Assembly (NCBI GenBank): GCA_963662435.1
Contig: OY759598.1
Span: forward strand, 2,140,507-2,204,506
Length of the DNA stretch: 64,000 nt
Direction of reading: 5' to 3'
DNA from: Dehalococcoidia bacterium
GTDB lineage: Bacteria > Chloroflexota > Dehalococcoidia > Lucifugimonadales > VXLM01
A model generated the notes under the pieces. The model made no database searches. It worked only from the letters and a program-made list of their open reading frames with translations, and was not told where the DNA came from. Below, in pieces: positions 49,092 through 58,924 of the stretch; positions within the stretch are counted from its first letter, which is position 1, and every line of letters starts with the position of its first letter. A program made the translations under genes and the position numbers.

Positions 49092-50234
49092 TCAGGTGGG
49101 CAATTCCCACCTGCTCCAGAGAAGAGCACACTTGTCATCGACCGAGCGGGGCCGCTGGTAGTAGACGGTGAGGATGCTCCCATCGTCCAATTCCACACTC
49201 GAGGGATAACCGAGATCGGGATGGGGGCCATCGTCGCGGAGGATGTAGTCGAAACGCCACTTTTCTCCGTCGTCAAAGCTGAGCATGGCGCGTATCCCAT
49301 AGGGCTGCTCGCGGTAGCCGTACGAAGCAATCAGGGCGCCGCTTGAGTGTCGGAGCAGGTGTGGCGGAGAACCGTGGAAGTCCATTACCTCCGCCTTGCT
49401 CCAAGTCTTCCCGCCATCACTGGAGAATGACTGACACATCTGGAAATCGGTCTGACCTGGCTGACGGTTGCCGTAGTCGTGATGGTTGGGGTCGTAGCGC
49501 ACGAGGCCGAGCAGGCGTCCATCCTTCAACTCCAGGACGTGCGGTTCGTGGAAGCACTCGACATCGACTCCTTCCGGCAGGGGCACCGAGCCTTGAGGCG
49601 TCCATGAACGTCCTCCGTCGCTGCTGCGGATAAGGCCAATTGAACCGGCATTCATGACCTTGCCGATCTCATCGGATGCCACCGTTTTGCCGAGGTACAC
49701 CAGGTCGCCGTTGGCGAGTCGATTCGGGCCGTGCGGCGAAGAGACGGAGACGCGGACGGGCTCGTCCCACGTAAGCCCCCCGTCATCGCTCGTCTTGACC
49801 CACGAGCCCCCGTAGCGTTCGGTTGCCTCGTCGGTCATGTTGCCAAGTCCCTGCTGCCAGCGTTCAGCGTCCCGTGGACTAAGGCTTAGCTCATACTCAG
49901 AGGGTGTCGCTCCTCGCGCATCGACGGAGAACCACGTTACGAGCAGTGACCTCCCGCCGAGGGAGACGATGCCGGAATCGCGGTCGTCGAGGGGAGAATC
50001 GTTTATGACCCGGGGACTCGTCCAAGTGCGACCATCGTCGGTGCTGGTGCAGATTACGGTCCGCCCGAATGGGCAGACGTGGTAGTTGCGCAATCCGGAT
50101 GACGAGACGATGAGCGTGCCGTCATCCATGCGTGTGACGGTCGGCCAGCCGAAGTAGCCGAAGAACTCTCCGGCATAGTCGGCAACGACGCCGTGCTCGG
50201 CTTGGAGTATTCTGTTCGCCTGAATCAAGTCCAT
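49092..50234 (-). CDS. Sialidase-like BNR/Asp-box repeat protein
   Basis: Five Asp-boxes (STDDGRTW, SDDGGLTW, SSDGGRSW, SSDGGKTW, SFDDGEKW). DLGYP. Confidence 0.88.
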   Translation of the reverse strand: MDLIQANRILQAEHGVVADYAGEFFGYFGWPTVTRMDDGTLIVSSSGLRNYHVCPFGRTVICTSTDDGRTWTSPRVINDSPLDDRDSGIVSLGGRSLLVTWFSVDARGATPSEYELSLSPRDAERWQQGLGNMTDEATERYGGSWVKTSDDGGLTWDEPVRVSVSSPHGPNRLANGDLVYLGKTVASDEIGKVMNAGSIGLIRSSDGGRSWTPQGSVPLPEGVDVECFHEPHVLELKDGRLLGLVRYDPNHHDYGNRQPGQTDFQMCQSFSSDGGKTWSKAEVMDFHGSPPHLLRHSSGALIASYGYREQPYGIRAMLSFDDGEKWRFDYILRDDGPHPDLGYPSSVELDDGSILTVYYQRPRSVDDKCALLWSRWELPT

Positions 50235-50310
50235 GAAGGAATGCTCCGTTTGTATGAAGTCGTTAGATTGCTATGGGCAGCGCCAAGCTATGACACCGTG
50301 CAGGAGGAAA

Positions 50311-51405
50311 CTAGTATTGCTGGAAGAGACGGCCCCAGCCGGTCTTCATAGCGGCGCGGACTCGTCGGCGTCCGACGAACCGCATCCAGTAGGTGTTGTG
50401 ATAGAGGTTGGACGCCACGAAAGACCACGGAGCGATGGGGGATCGGAGCAACACGTTCTCCAGGGGCTTAAGGGGCCCCCAGTAGATGAGTTTTTGCCCT
50501 TTGCTGGCCAGTGTGTTCTCGGTGCCTCCCATCTTCCAATCGACCTTGGAGACGTCCTCGCCGACGACCTCGATATCTCGCAACTCGCCAGCGCCGAGGC
50601 CCATCTCGTGGGCGAGCCTGATGAACTTGATGCTCATGGGATCGAAACCCATCATCTTGGCAGAGACAGCGTCCACGGCCACCTGATCGGCTCCGGCGAG
50701 AATGACGTTCTTTTCGTGCCACCTCATTGCGCGAGGTCCCGGGCCATCGCCCACGAAGGTGCCGTCGGTGACGGCGAAGATTCCAGGGTGTATCTCCTTC
50801 TGGATACTCAGGAGATCGACGAGAGTCTCGTGGATGACTGAGTGTGTCCAGTGTCTCTTGCGGTTCAGGAGTCCACCGAAGGCGTTCTTCATGGCGCCTG
50901 TGATGGTAGTGAAGACGTGCGTCTTCATCGTCGGAAGGTGGACGATGTTCTTGCCGAAGAACATCTCCGGAATTTGGAACCCCTCCGGATAGATCTCTTC
51001 GAGGGCGATCAGCTTGGTCTTGGGCGTGTAGTCGACCCACTTGACGGGCGGGAAGTCCAAGAAGACGCTTTCGAGGCCGTGCTTCCGCTCAACGCCACTG
51101 TGTCTGTTCTTCTGCGCCCCTTCGATGGGGTCGACGACGACAGTCCCGTTGTGCGCGGGTATGAGGTCGCCATAGCCGTCTTGCTTCAGGGCTTGGATTA
51201 CGCCGTCAAGCTGCCACGGACTGGTGGAGCACGCAGGGTAGTAGTGCTGCCACGAGATGTTGATCTTGAGCAGCGTTGCGAGATCGCCCGGCAAGTGCGA
51301 CTGGTAATCGGCGAGGCGCATCGCGCGGCCGATGTCGTCGATTACGGTCTCGGGCGACGTGTAGACGACCGCGACCTTCGGCTTGGCCGGTCCCGCAGCG
51401 CTCAC
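50311..51405 (-). CDS. DUF362 domain protein
   Basis: LLKINISW, HLPTMKTHVFTTITGAMKNAFG, DQVAVDA. Confidence 0.85.
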   Translation of the reverse strand: MSAAGPAKPKVAVVYTSPETVIDDIGRAMRLADYQSHLPGDLATLLKINISWQHYYPACSTSPWQLDGVIQALKQDGYGDLIPAHNGTVVVDPIEGAQKNRHSGVERKHGLESVFLDFPPVKWVDYTPKTKLIALEEIYPEGFQIPEMFFGKNIVHLPTMKTHVFTTITGAMKNAFGGLLNRKRHWTHSVIHETLVDLLSIQKEIHPGIFAVTDGTFVGDGPGPRAMRWHEKNVILAGADQVAVDAVSAKMMGFDPMSIKFIRLAHEMGLGAGELRDIEVVGEDVSKVDWKMGGTENTLASKGQKLIYWGPLKPLENVLLRSPIAPWSFVASNLYHNTYWMRFVGRRRVRAAMKTGWGRLFQQY

Positions 51406-51409
51406 GTGG

Positions 51410-52960
51410 CTATTCCAGGAAGTCGCGCAGCTTCTTCGAGCGGTTGGGCTGCCGCAACTTGCGGAGGGCCTTGGCCTCGATCTGGCGAATGCGCTCTCGG
51501 GTGACTCCGAAGTCGCGTCCCACCTCTTCCAGGGTGCGTCCGCGTCCGTCCTCGAGGCCGAACCGCAACTGCAGCACTCGGGCCTCGCGCTCGCTCAGCG
51601 TGTAGAGCACGTCGTCGACCTGTTCCTTCAGGAGTTGGTACGAGGCGGCCTCCGAGGGTGCGAGGGCGCTGCGGTCCTCGATGAAGTCTCCCAAGTGACT
51701 GTCTTCCTCTTCGCCGATGGGCGTTTCGAGGGAGACGGGTTCCTGGGAGATCTTGAGGATCTCGCGCACCTTTTCCGGGGTAATCTCCATGCCTGAACCG
51801 ATTTCCTCGCTGCTCGGCTCGCGACCGTACTCCTGGACGAGCCGGCGGCTAACCCGGAGGAGCTTGTTGATGGTCTCGACCATGTGGACCGGTATGCGAA
51901 TGGTGCGTGCCTGATCTGCGATTGCCCTGGTGATAGCCTGACGAATCCACCACGTTGCGTATGTGCTGAACTTGTAGCCCTTGCGGTAGTCGAACTTTTC
52001 GACTGCGCGGATGAGACCGATATTGCCTTCCTGAATGAGATCAAGCAGGGACATGCCTCGCCCGATGTACTTCTTGGCAACACTGACGACCAGCCGAAGA
52101 TTTGCCTCGGCCAAATGGTTTTGAGCTGTCGTACCGTCAGCCTTAATGCGCGCGAAGAAACCGTTGAAGAGGATTTCGTGCGTGTCGAGATGACGCGTGA
52201 AATCGATCTCGTTCATCTGCTTCTTGACGTCGTCCAAGGTGGCCGAATCATCGAACTTCGTCATGATTTCCGGCGGAAGCAGGCGAGTGTCCAGCGAGAG
52301 CTCTTGTATTAGCTGCTTGGCCTCGTCCTGGGAGACGTTCATGGCATCTTCGGCGAAGATCATCAACTCTTCCGTGATGTCGCCGTCCAGGACGGCGCGG
52401 AAGTCCTGGTCTGTCACGATTTCCTTGAAGGTCAAGTCACTGGGGAGGCCGCCGTACTTGCTCAGCGCCGTTGCCAACTCCTGACCTTCAACGGCTCGGG
52501 ACAACAGTTGGTTGACCACCTGCCATGAGCGAGGCGGACGGCCTTCGGGACTGGTGAGCTCTTCCTCGAGGCGTTCGATGTGCTTAGCAGCTTCCATCTG
52601 ACGAGCGAGGTGTCGCTCATCGGCGGCCTTCAGCAAGCTGACGCGCCCGATCTCGCGGAGGTACATACGGACTGGGTCATCGATCATTTCGGATGACTCG
52701 ATGCTCTCCTGCCACGCGGCCTGAGCCTCAGCTTCAGCTTCTTCGCGTTGCTCCGCCTCGACATCAGCGTCGGACGGCTCCGCCGAGCTATTGGAGGGAG
52801 TAGCCGCAGGGTTTATCAAGCTGCTTGAGTCATCGTCATCGACAACGCGTCTGCCTTCAGGAGCACCTTCTATGGGAAAAATCTGATCTGACGCTCCACC
52901 GGCCAAATCTCGAAGCAAGTCTCTGTCATCGTCACGTCGCTTGGGACGCTCTATATCCAT
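51410..52960 (-). CDS. rpoD: RNA polymerase primary sigma factor
   Basis: [65 protein letters not shown]. Confidence 0.97.
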   Translation of the reverse strand: MDIERPKRRDDDRDLLRDLAGGASDQIFPIEGAPEGRRVVDDDDSSSLINPAATPSNSSAEPSDADVEAEQREEAEAEAQAAWQESIESSEMIDDPVRMYLREIGRVSLLKAADERHLARQMEAAKHIERLEEELTSPEGRPPRSWQVVNQLLSRAVEGQELATALSKYGGLPSDLTFKEIVTDQDFRAVLDGDITEELMIFAEDAMNVSQDEAKQLIQELSLDTRLLPPEIMTKFDDSATLDDVKKQMNEIDFTRHLDTHEILFNGFFARIKADGTTAQNHLAEANLRLVVSVAKKYIGRGMSLLDLIQEGNIGLIRAVEKFDYRKGYKFSTYATWWIRQAITRAIADQARTIRIPVHMVETINKLLRVSRRLVQEYGREPSSEEIGSGMEITPEKVREILKISQEPVSLETPIGEEEDSHLGDFIEDRSALAPSEAASYQLLKEQVDDVLYTLSEREARVLQLRFGLEDGRGRTLEEVGRDFGVTRERIRQIEAKALRKLRQPNRSKKLRDFLE

Positions 52961-53030
52961 GCAGTGACCTCCAGTCTCATGCAGTTACTCAAGTTGTTCA
53001 CAAAAAAGTGGGGCAAGGTATTATACGACG

Positions 53031-54836
53031 TCATTGACCGTTCGGATTTTCACGGGCACCCACGAGGTAGCTTTCCTTCAGCTTGGAGTTGACGTTTACG
53101 ATCGAGTCTTGGATGTCTTTTGGCAGGGGAGCCCCGGGTTCGTGGGACTCTAGAAGTTCCGCCTGACGTTCTCGCAAGTAGCGTTGCTCCAGTCGAGTAA
53201 GTGCTTGCCTCACAGCCCGGGGAGCCGTTTGGCGGTTCGTGGGCTTCAGATCGATCTCTCTAAGGTAATCAAAGTGATCGAGAAGAGTCTTGTCGAGGTG
53301 TTGTTGCAACTTATCTATTGTACCCGCAGAGAGCAGTTGAGTAAATAGCTCACGGTTCTCCGTCCTGCGGAATTCCTCGGGTGAATGGTGACCCACGTCC
53401 TTCCAGAGATCAGGCCAACGCATCAACGCCGAAAGCACGAACTCTTCGAGGGGCTCCCGCTCTGCGGCAGCGAGGGGAGATTCGGTCGTGTTTGGGGCTG
53501 GGACGTTGGTACGGGCACGTTCGGGCCTACGGGTACGTCCTGCCGGACGCATCTTTCCGATGCTCGCCTGGAGCTGCTCTCGCGTGACGTCAAGGGCATT
53601 AGCCAACTGACCGAAATAGCGGTCTTGATCGAAGGCGTTGCTCATCGATTGTATGATCGGCATGAGGGCCTCGACTGCCTGCATCTTCCCCTGGGACGAA
53701 CTAACGTCGAACCTTCGCGCCAAGGCCGGAATGAGGTAGTCCATGTAGGGGACGGCTGATCGGACGATTTCGTCCCATTGGTTGGGAGACTCGCGGATGA
53801 GGTCATCCGGGTCACGGCCTTCGGGCATCTCAGCAATGAGGAGCTTTACCTCTTCTCGCTGGCCGAACCTGCGGCGGTCCATGGCACGCCACGACGCTTC
53901 CAAGCTCCTGACAGTCGCCTCCTGACCGGCAGTGTCGGCGTCGAGGGCAAGAATGACCGACTTGGAGAGCGAACGAACCAGGTAGACCTGCCGTTCCGTG
54001 AGGGCCGTTCCCATGGAGGCTACGACGTTCTTGCGGTCGTGCTGATGGGCGGCTATGACGTCCATGTACCCTTCGACGATTATGGCAGTCTCCTGCTCTC
54101 GAATGGCTGCTGTGGCCTTGTCGAGAGCGTAGAGAGTAGCCTGCTTGTCGAAGATCGGCGTAGCGACGGTGTTGATGTACTTGGGGTTGGAACCGTCCAG
54201 AGAACGTCCTCCGAATCCCGCGACTCTCCCTCGACGGTTGAGTATAGGGACCATGAGACGACCGAAAAAGAAGTCGCGGACGTTACCTTCGTCATCGCTT
54301 CGGAGGAGGCCTGCTTGAGCGGCATGGCCGAGATTGGCGTCAAGGGTCGACAGGTGGGTCTTCAGGCGGTCGCGGCCTCTTGGGCTGTACCCGAGTTGGA
54401 ACTCTTCGATTGCCTTGCCGTCTATGCCACGGTCCTCGAGGTACTTGAGCGCTGCCCTACCCTCCGGCGACTTGAGCATCTCGTTGAAGAAGCGGGCCGC
54501 CTCCTGGTTTACGCGGAAGAGGGATTCTTCCAGGTCCACCTGTTCCTTGGGACGACTGGTGACCTCCACGCCCGCAGTCTCGGCGAGACGCCTGAGGGCC
54601 TCGCCGAACTCAACGCCCTCCTTGCGCATGACGAAGTTGAAGATGTCGCCGCCGGTCGCGCACGCGCCGAAGCATCGCCAAGTCTGGCGTTCAGGGCTTA
54701 CCGTGAAGGATGGCGTCTTCTCCGTATGGAAGGGGCAAGGCGCCTTGTAGTTGCGGCCCGCTTTCTTCAGAGGGACGTGGTTGGACACCACCTCAACGAT
54801 GTCGAGCTTGTCTCGTACTTCGTCGACTACGGACAT
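53031..54836 (-). CDS. dnaG: DNA primase
   Basis: CPFHTEKTPSF...CFGAC, PKYIN, IVEGYMDV, LALDADTAG, DPDD. Confidence 0.97.
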   Translation of the reverse strand: MSVVDEVRDKLDIVEVVSNHVPLKKAGRNYKAPCPFHTEKTPSFTVSPERQTWRCFGACATGGDIFNFVMRKEGVEFGEALRRLAETAGVEVTSRPKEQVDLEESLFRVNQEAARFFNEMLKSPEGRAALKYLEDRGIDGKAIEEFQLGYSPRGRDRLKTHLSTLDANLGHAAQAGLLRSDDEGNVRDFFFGRLMVPILNRRGRVAGFGGRSLDGSNPKYINTVATPIFDKQATLYALDKATAAIREQETAIIVEGYMDVIAAHQHDRKNVVASMGTALTERQVYLVRSLSKSVILALDADTAGQEATVRSLEASWRAMDRRRFGQREEVKLLIAEMPEGRDPDDLIRESPNQWDEIVRSAVPYMDYLIPALARRFDVSSSQGKMQAVEALMPIIQSMSNAFDQDRYFGQLANALDVTREQLQASIGKMRPAGRTRRPERARTNVPAPNTTESPLAAAEREPLEEFVLSALMRWPDLWKDVGHHSPEEFRRTENRELFTQLLSAGTIDKLQQHLDKTLLDHFDYLREIDLKPTNRQTAPRAVRQALTRLEQRYLRERQAELLESHEPGAPLPKDIQDSIVNVNSKLKESYLVGARENPNGQ

Positions 54837-54872
54837 GCCAGTTCCATTCTTTGCCGTCCAGGACGGCTCATA

Positions 54873-55226
54873 TCAGGCGCCAGTTCCGGCTTCCTCAGAC
54901 TCTACCTGTTTATATGCATAACGTGCCACCCGGTCGATGGGTTCACGGGCAGTCTCTACGTGGGTACCGATGTGATCGATCGTAGCCTGCAGATCTACGA
55001 GGCAGTCGGCAGCCGATTCCCAGCTATCAACATTGTCAACCAGGTAGTCGAGACGTTCTGAGAGAGTCTTGTGGGCTGCCCAGATGTCTCCGAGATCGGT
55101 GCACAGGGTGCCGAGGTCCTCATCGAACTCCTCCGGCAGGCCCATTTCCTTGAGGCGGATGACAATAGCGTGAGCCATGAGTGCGGTCCGTCTAGCGTGT
55201 GGGAGGTCGGGTGTGAGTTCGCTCAT
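54873..55226 (-). CDS. Hypothetical helical protein in the dgt-dnaG operon
   Basis: 117-aa ORF starting MSELTPDL, co-oriented, 13 nt after the upstream gene. Confidence 0.7.
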   Translation of the reverse strand: MSELTPDLPHARRTALMAHAIVIRLKEMGLPEEFDEDLGTLCTDLGDIWAAHKTLSERLDYLVDNVDSWESAADCLVDLQATIDHIGTHVETAREPIDRVARYAYKQVESEEAGTGA

Positions 55227-55239
55227 ATTTGCGCCTTGT

Positions 55240-55491
55240 CTATGAATCGCCAACGTAGTGTGCCACGTACATCGTCCAAAGTTCGCGAATCTCCTCCAGA
55301 GTCTCCATCTGGGGCTCCGGCTGCATGCCGTTGACGTTCTCGAACACTCCCTTCCAGAGATCGTCGACCTCGCGCCGCCAGCGAGCGTATTCAACGCCGT
55401 GAGTATCCCGCTGCATGGCTTCGAGGTGCTCCTGGATGAGCTTCGTCTGGTTGCTAACGAGTCGAGTCAGTACGCGGTCGTTTGGGGTCAT
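55240..55491 (-). CDS. Hypothetical small protein in the dgt-dnaG operon
   Basis: 83 aa. ATGA overlap with the dgt stop. Confidence 0.7.
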   Translation of the reverse strand: MTPNDRVLTRLVSNQTKLIQEHLEAMQRDTHGVEYARWRREVDDLWKGVFENVNGMQPEPQMETLEEIRELWTMYVAHYVGDS

Positions 55492-56546
55492 CCGACCCTT
55501 CTCATGGCGAAGACCTTGCCAATGCCGGGTTCTATGCGTTCCGCCATGCGGATGGCGTACTGATCAGTCATCCCTGCGATGTAGTCGACCACCGCCCACT
55601 CCTCGTCGCGATATTCGCCCGGTATTCTATCGCGATTGTCGTCGAAGTGCCGATACAGTAGGCGGACGATATTTCGGGCAGCATTTCCCTCCTCGCCACG
55701 ATCTTCGGGTATGTATACCCGCTCGAACATGAACTCGCGCAGAATGTTGACGGAATCGCGCATCTCGTCGCTCATGCGGATGGTGGGCCGTGAGTCAAGA
55801 CCGTTATCTCCTGAGGCAGCCCAAGAAGCGTCCACAATGTCGGTGACCATTGAGTTCATTCGCGTCGAGTGCCGGTCACCGAGCCGTGCCCTGACTTTCC
55901 TTGGTATATCGTCCGACCGCAGAACGTCGGCCCGAAAGGCATCGGCAAGATCATGGTTCAGGTAGGCGACTGCATCGGAGAGTCGAACGGTCTGCGCCTC
56001 CAAAGTCAGCTCATGGGGATCAGCGCCGCCCATCACGTCGCCGCGGGGCTTGGAGTGATTTGCGATGCCGTGCCGGACGTCCAATGTCAGGTTTAGCCCT
56101 CTGCCCTCCCGTTCGAGCTTTTCGACGATGCGAAGGCTCTGGGCCGCGTGGGTGAAACCGACAGGATGAAGGTCGTCGACCTCTTTCTCCCCAACGTGAC
56201 CGAACGGGGTGTGGCCGAGGTCGTGGCCGAGGGCTATGGCCTCCGCCAAGTCCTCATTGAGGTTAAGAGCGCGGGCTATCGTACGGGCGATCTGCGAAAC
56301 CTCAAGGGTGTGCGTCAGCCGGGTCACATAGTGATCGCCCGGAGGCGCAATGAAGACCTGCGTTTTGTGTTTCAGGCGCCGGAATGACTTGGAATGGAGG
56401 ATTCGGTCGCGGTCGCGCTGGTACTCGGTACGGACATCCGAGGGACTTTCAGGAGTCGCGCGGCCGCTATCCTTCGAGCGGGAGGCGAATGGTGAAAGCG
56501 ACTCTTCGCGCTGCTCCAACCGATGTCGAACGACGGATAGATTCAC
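55488..56546 (-). CDS. dgt: Deoxyguanosinetriphosphate triphosphohydrolase (HD domain)
   Basis: YQRDRDRILHSKSFRRLKHKTQVF, RLTHTLEV, GHDLGHTPFGH, DYIAGMTD. Confidence 0.95.
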   Translation of the reverse strand: MNLSVVRHRLEQREESLSPFASRSKDSGRATPESPSDVRTEYQRDRDRILHSKSFRRLKHKTQVFIAPPGDHYVTRLTHTLEVSQIARTIARALNLNEDLAEAIALGHDLGHTPFGHVGEKEVDDLHPVGFTHAAQSLRIVEKLEREGRGLNLTLDVRHGIANHSKPRGDVMGGADPHELTLEAQTVRLSDAVAYLNHDLADAFRADVLRSDDIPRKVRARLGDRHSTRMNSMVTDIVDASWAASGDNGLDSRPTIRMSDEMRDSVNILREFMFERVYIPEDRGEEGNAARNIVRLLYRHFDDNRDRIPGEYRDEEWAVVDYIAGMTDQYAIRMAERIEPGIGKVFAMRRVG

Positions 56547-56715
56547 GAAACAGGGACGTCCTTGAATTCCGGGAGTAAAGACCGCTGTTACAGGTCGCCT
56601 TAAGGGCGCACTAGGATACCACAATGTCTTGCTTTCCGCCCTAGCGGAGTGCCTATCTATGGAGTACTATTCCACGACAACTCAAGCGCGCAATTGTCGA
56701 GAAATGGGAATGTCA

Positions 56716-57477
56716 ATGGAGCTTTTCGATCTCACGGGGAAAGTCGCGGTCGTTACAGGTGGGAATGGGGGCATAGGCCTTGGAATCGCAAGGGGTCTGG
56801 CACAGGCGAACGCCGCAGTGGTCGTTGCGGCGAGGAATAAGAGCAAGACCGACGCGGCGGTTGAGGAGCTAAGGGAACTAGGATCGGACGCTCGTGGCAT
56901 TTCGCTGGACGTAGCTGATGAAGGGTCGATAAAGGACGCCGTGGAAGAAACGGTAGAACGGTACGGGCGTCTTGATATCCTCGTGAACAACGCCGGGACT
57001 ACGGTGCGGAATCGGCCTGAGAACTACGAGGCGGCTGACTGGGACCTCGTGCAGGACGTGAACCTCCGCGGGGCGTTCCTGTGCAGCCGCGAGGCGTATC
57101 CTCATTTGGTCAAGCAGGGGGGCGGGAAGATAATCAACATCGGCTCGATGACATCGATCTTCGGGCTCGACTGGGGGGCGCCGTACGCGGCCAGCAAGGG
57201 AGGAATCGTCCAGCTTTCGAAGAGCCTTGCCATCGCGTGGGCCAAGGACAATATCCAGGTCAATGCTATATTGCCGGGCTGGATCGAGACGGACCTGACG
57301 GCGCCTCTGCAGGAGAGTTTTCCGGAAAGGCATGCACAGATAACGTCGAGGATACCTGACGGTCGCTGGGGCGTCCCATCAGACTTCGCGGGCATCGCCG
57401 CATTTCTGGCGAGCGGTGCGTCGGACTACGTGACGGGAACGGCGATTCCGGTCGACGGCGGATACTCGGTGTACTAG
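56716..57477 (+). CDS. SDR-family oxidoreductase (KduD/gluconate-5-dehydrogenase-like)
   Basis: TGGNGGIG, LVNNAG, YAASKGG, VDGG. Confidence 0.92.
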   Translation: MELFDLTGKVAVVTGGNGGIGLGIARGLAQANAAVVVAARNKSKTDAAVEELRELGSDARGISLDVADEGSIKDAVEETVERYGRLDILVNNAGTTVRNRPENYEAADWDLVQDVNLRGAFLCSREAYPHLVKQGGGKIINIGSMTSIFGLDWGAPYAASKGGIVQLSKSLAIAWAKDNIQVNAILPGWIETDLTAPLQESFPERHAQITSRIPDGRWGVPSDFAGIAAFLASGASDYVTGTAIPVDGGYSVY

Positions 57478-57483
57478 GAGTGG

Positions 57484-58893
57484 GTGATGACATCTGAGCT
57501 CTTCTACTCCGACGCAACCGAGTTAGCGGAACGGATTCGGTCTAAGGACGTGTCGCCGGTGGAGGTTGTTCAAGCGCACCTGGACCGGAGCGAGTCCGTG
57601 AATCAAAAGATCAACGCCATAGTCGTTCCGAACGAGGCGGCTCTCGATCAGGCGCGCAACGCGGAACGAGCAGTGATGAGTGGCGAATCGCTTGGGCCAC
57701 TGCATGGTGTTCCGTTCTCCGTGAAGGAGGTCTTTGATTCCGAGGGGATACGCAGCACGAGGGGCTCACTGCTGTATGCCGACCGAGTCCCTGACTATGA
57801 CGCGACGGCGGTACGGAGGCTGAAGGAAGTGGGGGCAATCGTCATCGGGAAGACGAATTGTCCTGAGTTCGCACTGGCGGCGGAGACGGTGAACGACCTC
57901 TTCGGGAGGACGCTCAATCCGTGGAACCTCGACCGCACTTCGGGCGGTTCCAGCGGTGGCGAGGCGGCGGCGATATCGACGGGACTCTCGCCGCTGGGCA
58001 TCGGGACCGATCTCGGAGGCTCGAACAGGCTGCCGTCCCACTACTGCAACATAGTTGGTTACAAGCCGACTCACGGCCTGATCCCTCAGACAGGCGCGTG
58101 GCCGGAGATCATGTCGCGCCGGATGCACGTCGGCCCCATCGCGCGTTCGGTGCGGGACATCGCCCTGTCGCTCGTCGTCATGAGCGGCCACGACCACATC
58201 GACCCGTACGCTCTCGGACGTGGCGTCGACGAGATGCCTTGGTTCGGAGCGTCGCTCCCGCCGCTTCGGGTCGGTATGATGACGGAAGGTCCTTTCGTGC
58301 CAGTCATGGGCGAAATCCAGGATGTCGTACGCAAGTCCGGTTCTGCGCTGGAATCGCTGGGCTGCATCGTGGAGGAGGTCGGATTCGACTGGCATGACCG
58401 GCTTCCCATTGATTTCACGATGGATTTGCTGATCGTGGAGGCAGACCACTATTTCAAGCCGTTCGTGGAAGGGAGGCAACACGAGCTGTCCGATTCGATT
58501 TCCGCACTTTTAAACCTACCCAAGCCGTCGATGGCCGACTATCTCGCCTCCTTCGACAAGCACGAATCGGTATCGCGAGACGTTACGGCGTTCTTCGCCG
58601 ATCACGACTTGCTCTTGCTGCCGACATCGCCCGTCACGGCACCGCCGCACGACAGCGCGGTGCTGGACGTGGACGGGCGAAAGGCGGACGCCGGACACGC
58701 AGCCAACATTACTGCGACCTTCGGCATGACTGGGCACCCGGCAATCTCCGTGCCGTTCGGCATGTCGTCGGACGGTCTGCCGATTGGCATCCAGCTTGCG
58801 GCGGGACACTTGAATGACCGACTCCTGCTGCACGCGGCGAGTGCCCTGGAAGAGCTGTCGGACACGGCAACGGCCAAGCCGCCCATAGGCTGA
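57484..58893 (+). CDS. Amidase-signature family protein
   Basis: GPLHGVPFSVKE, GKTN, GGSSGGEAAA, GTDLGGSNRLP. Confidence 0.93.
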   Translation: MMTSELFYSDATELAERIRSKDVSPVEVVQAHLDRSESVNQKINAIVVPNEAALDQARNAERAVMSGESLGPLHGVPFSVKEVFDSEGIRSTRGSLLYADRVPDYDATAVRRLKEVGAIVIGKTNCPEFALAAETVNDLFGRTLNPWNLDRTSGGSSGGEAAAISTGLSPLGIGTDLGGSNRLPSHYCNIVGYKPTHGLIPQTGAWPEIMSRRMHVGPIARSVRDIALSLVVMSGHDHIDPYALGRGVDEMPWFGASLPPLRVGMMTEGPFVPVMGEIQDVVRKSGSALESLGCIVEEVGFDWHDRLPIDFTMDLLIVEADHYFKPFVEGRQHELSDSISALLNLPKPSMADYLASFDKHESVSRDVTAFFADHDLLLLPTSPVTAPPHDSAVLDVDGRKADAGHAANITATFGMTGHPAISVPFGMSSDGLPIGIQLAAGHLNDRLLLHAASALEELSDTATAKPPIG

Positions 58894-58924
58894 CAACCTC
58901 ACCGGAATCACACGAGAGGAAGAC

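Noticed and set aside
53778..55061. 427-aa plus-strand ORF, and similar long antisense ORFs (10265-11125, 17197-18225, 32185-33129, 35109-36284)
   Set aside because: They are shadows of well-supported opposite-strand genes in high-GC DNA and carry no motifs.
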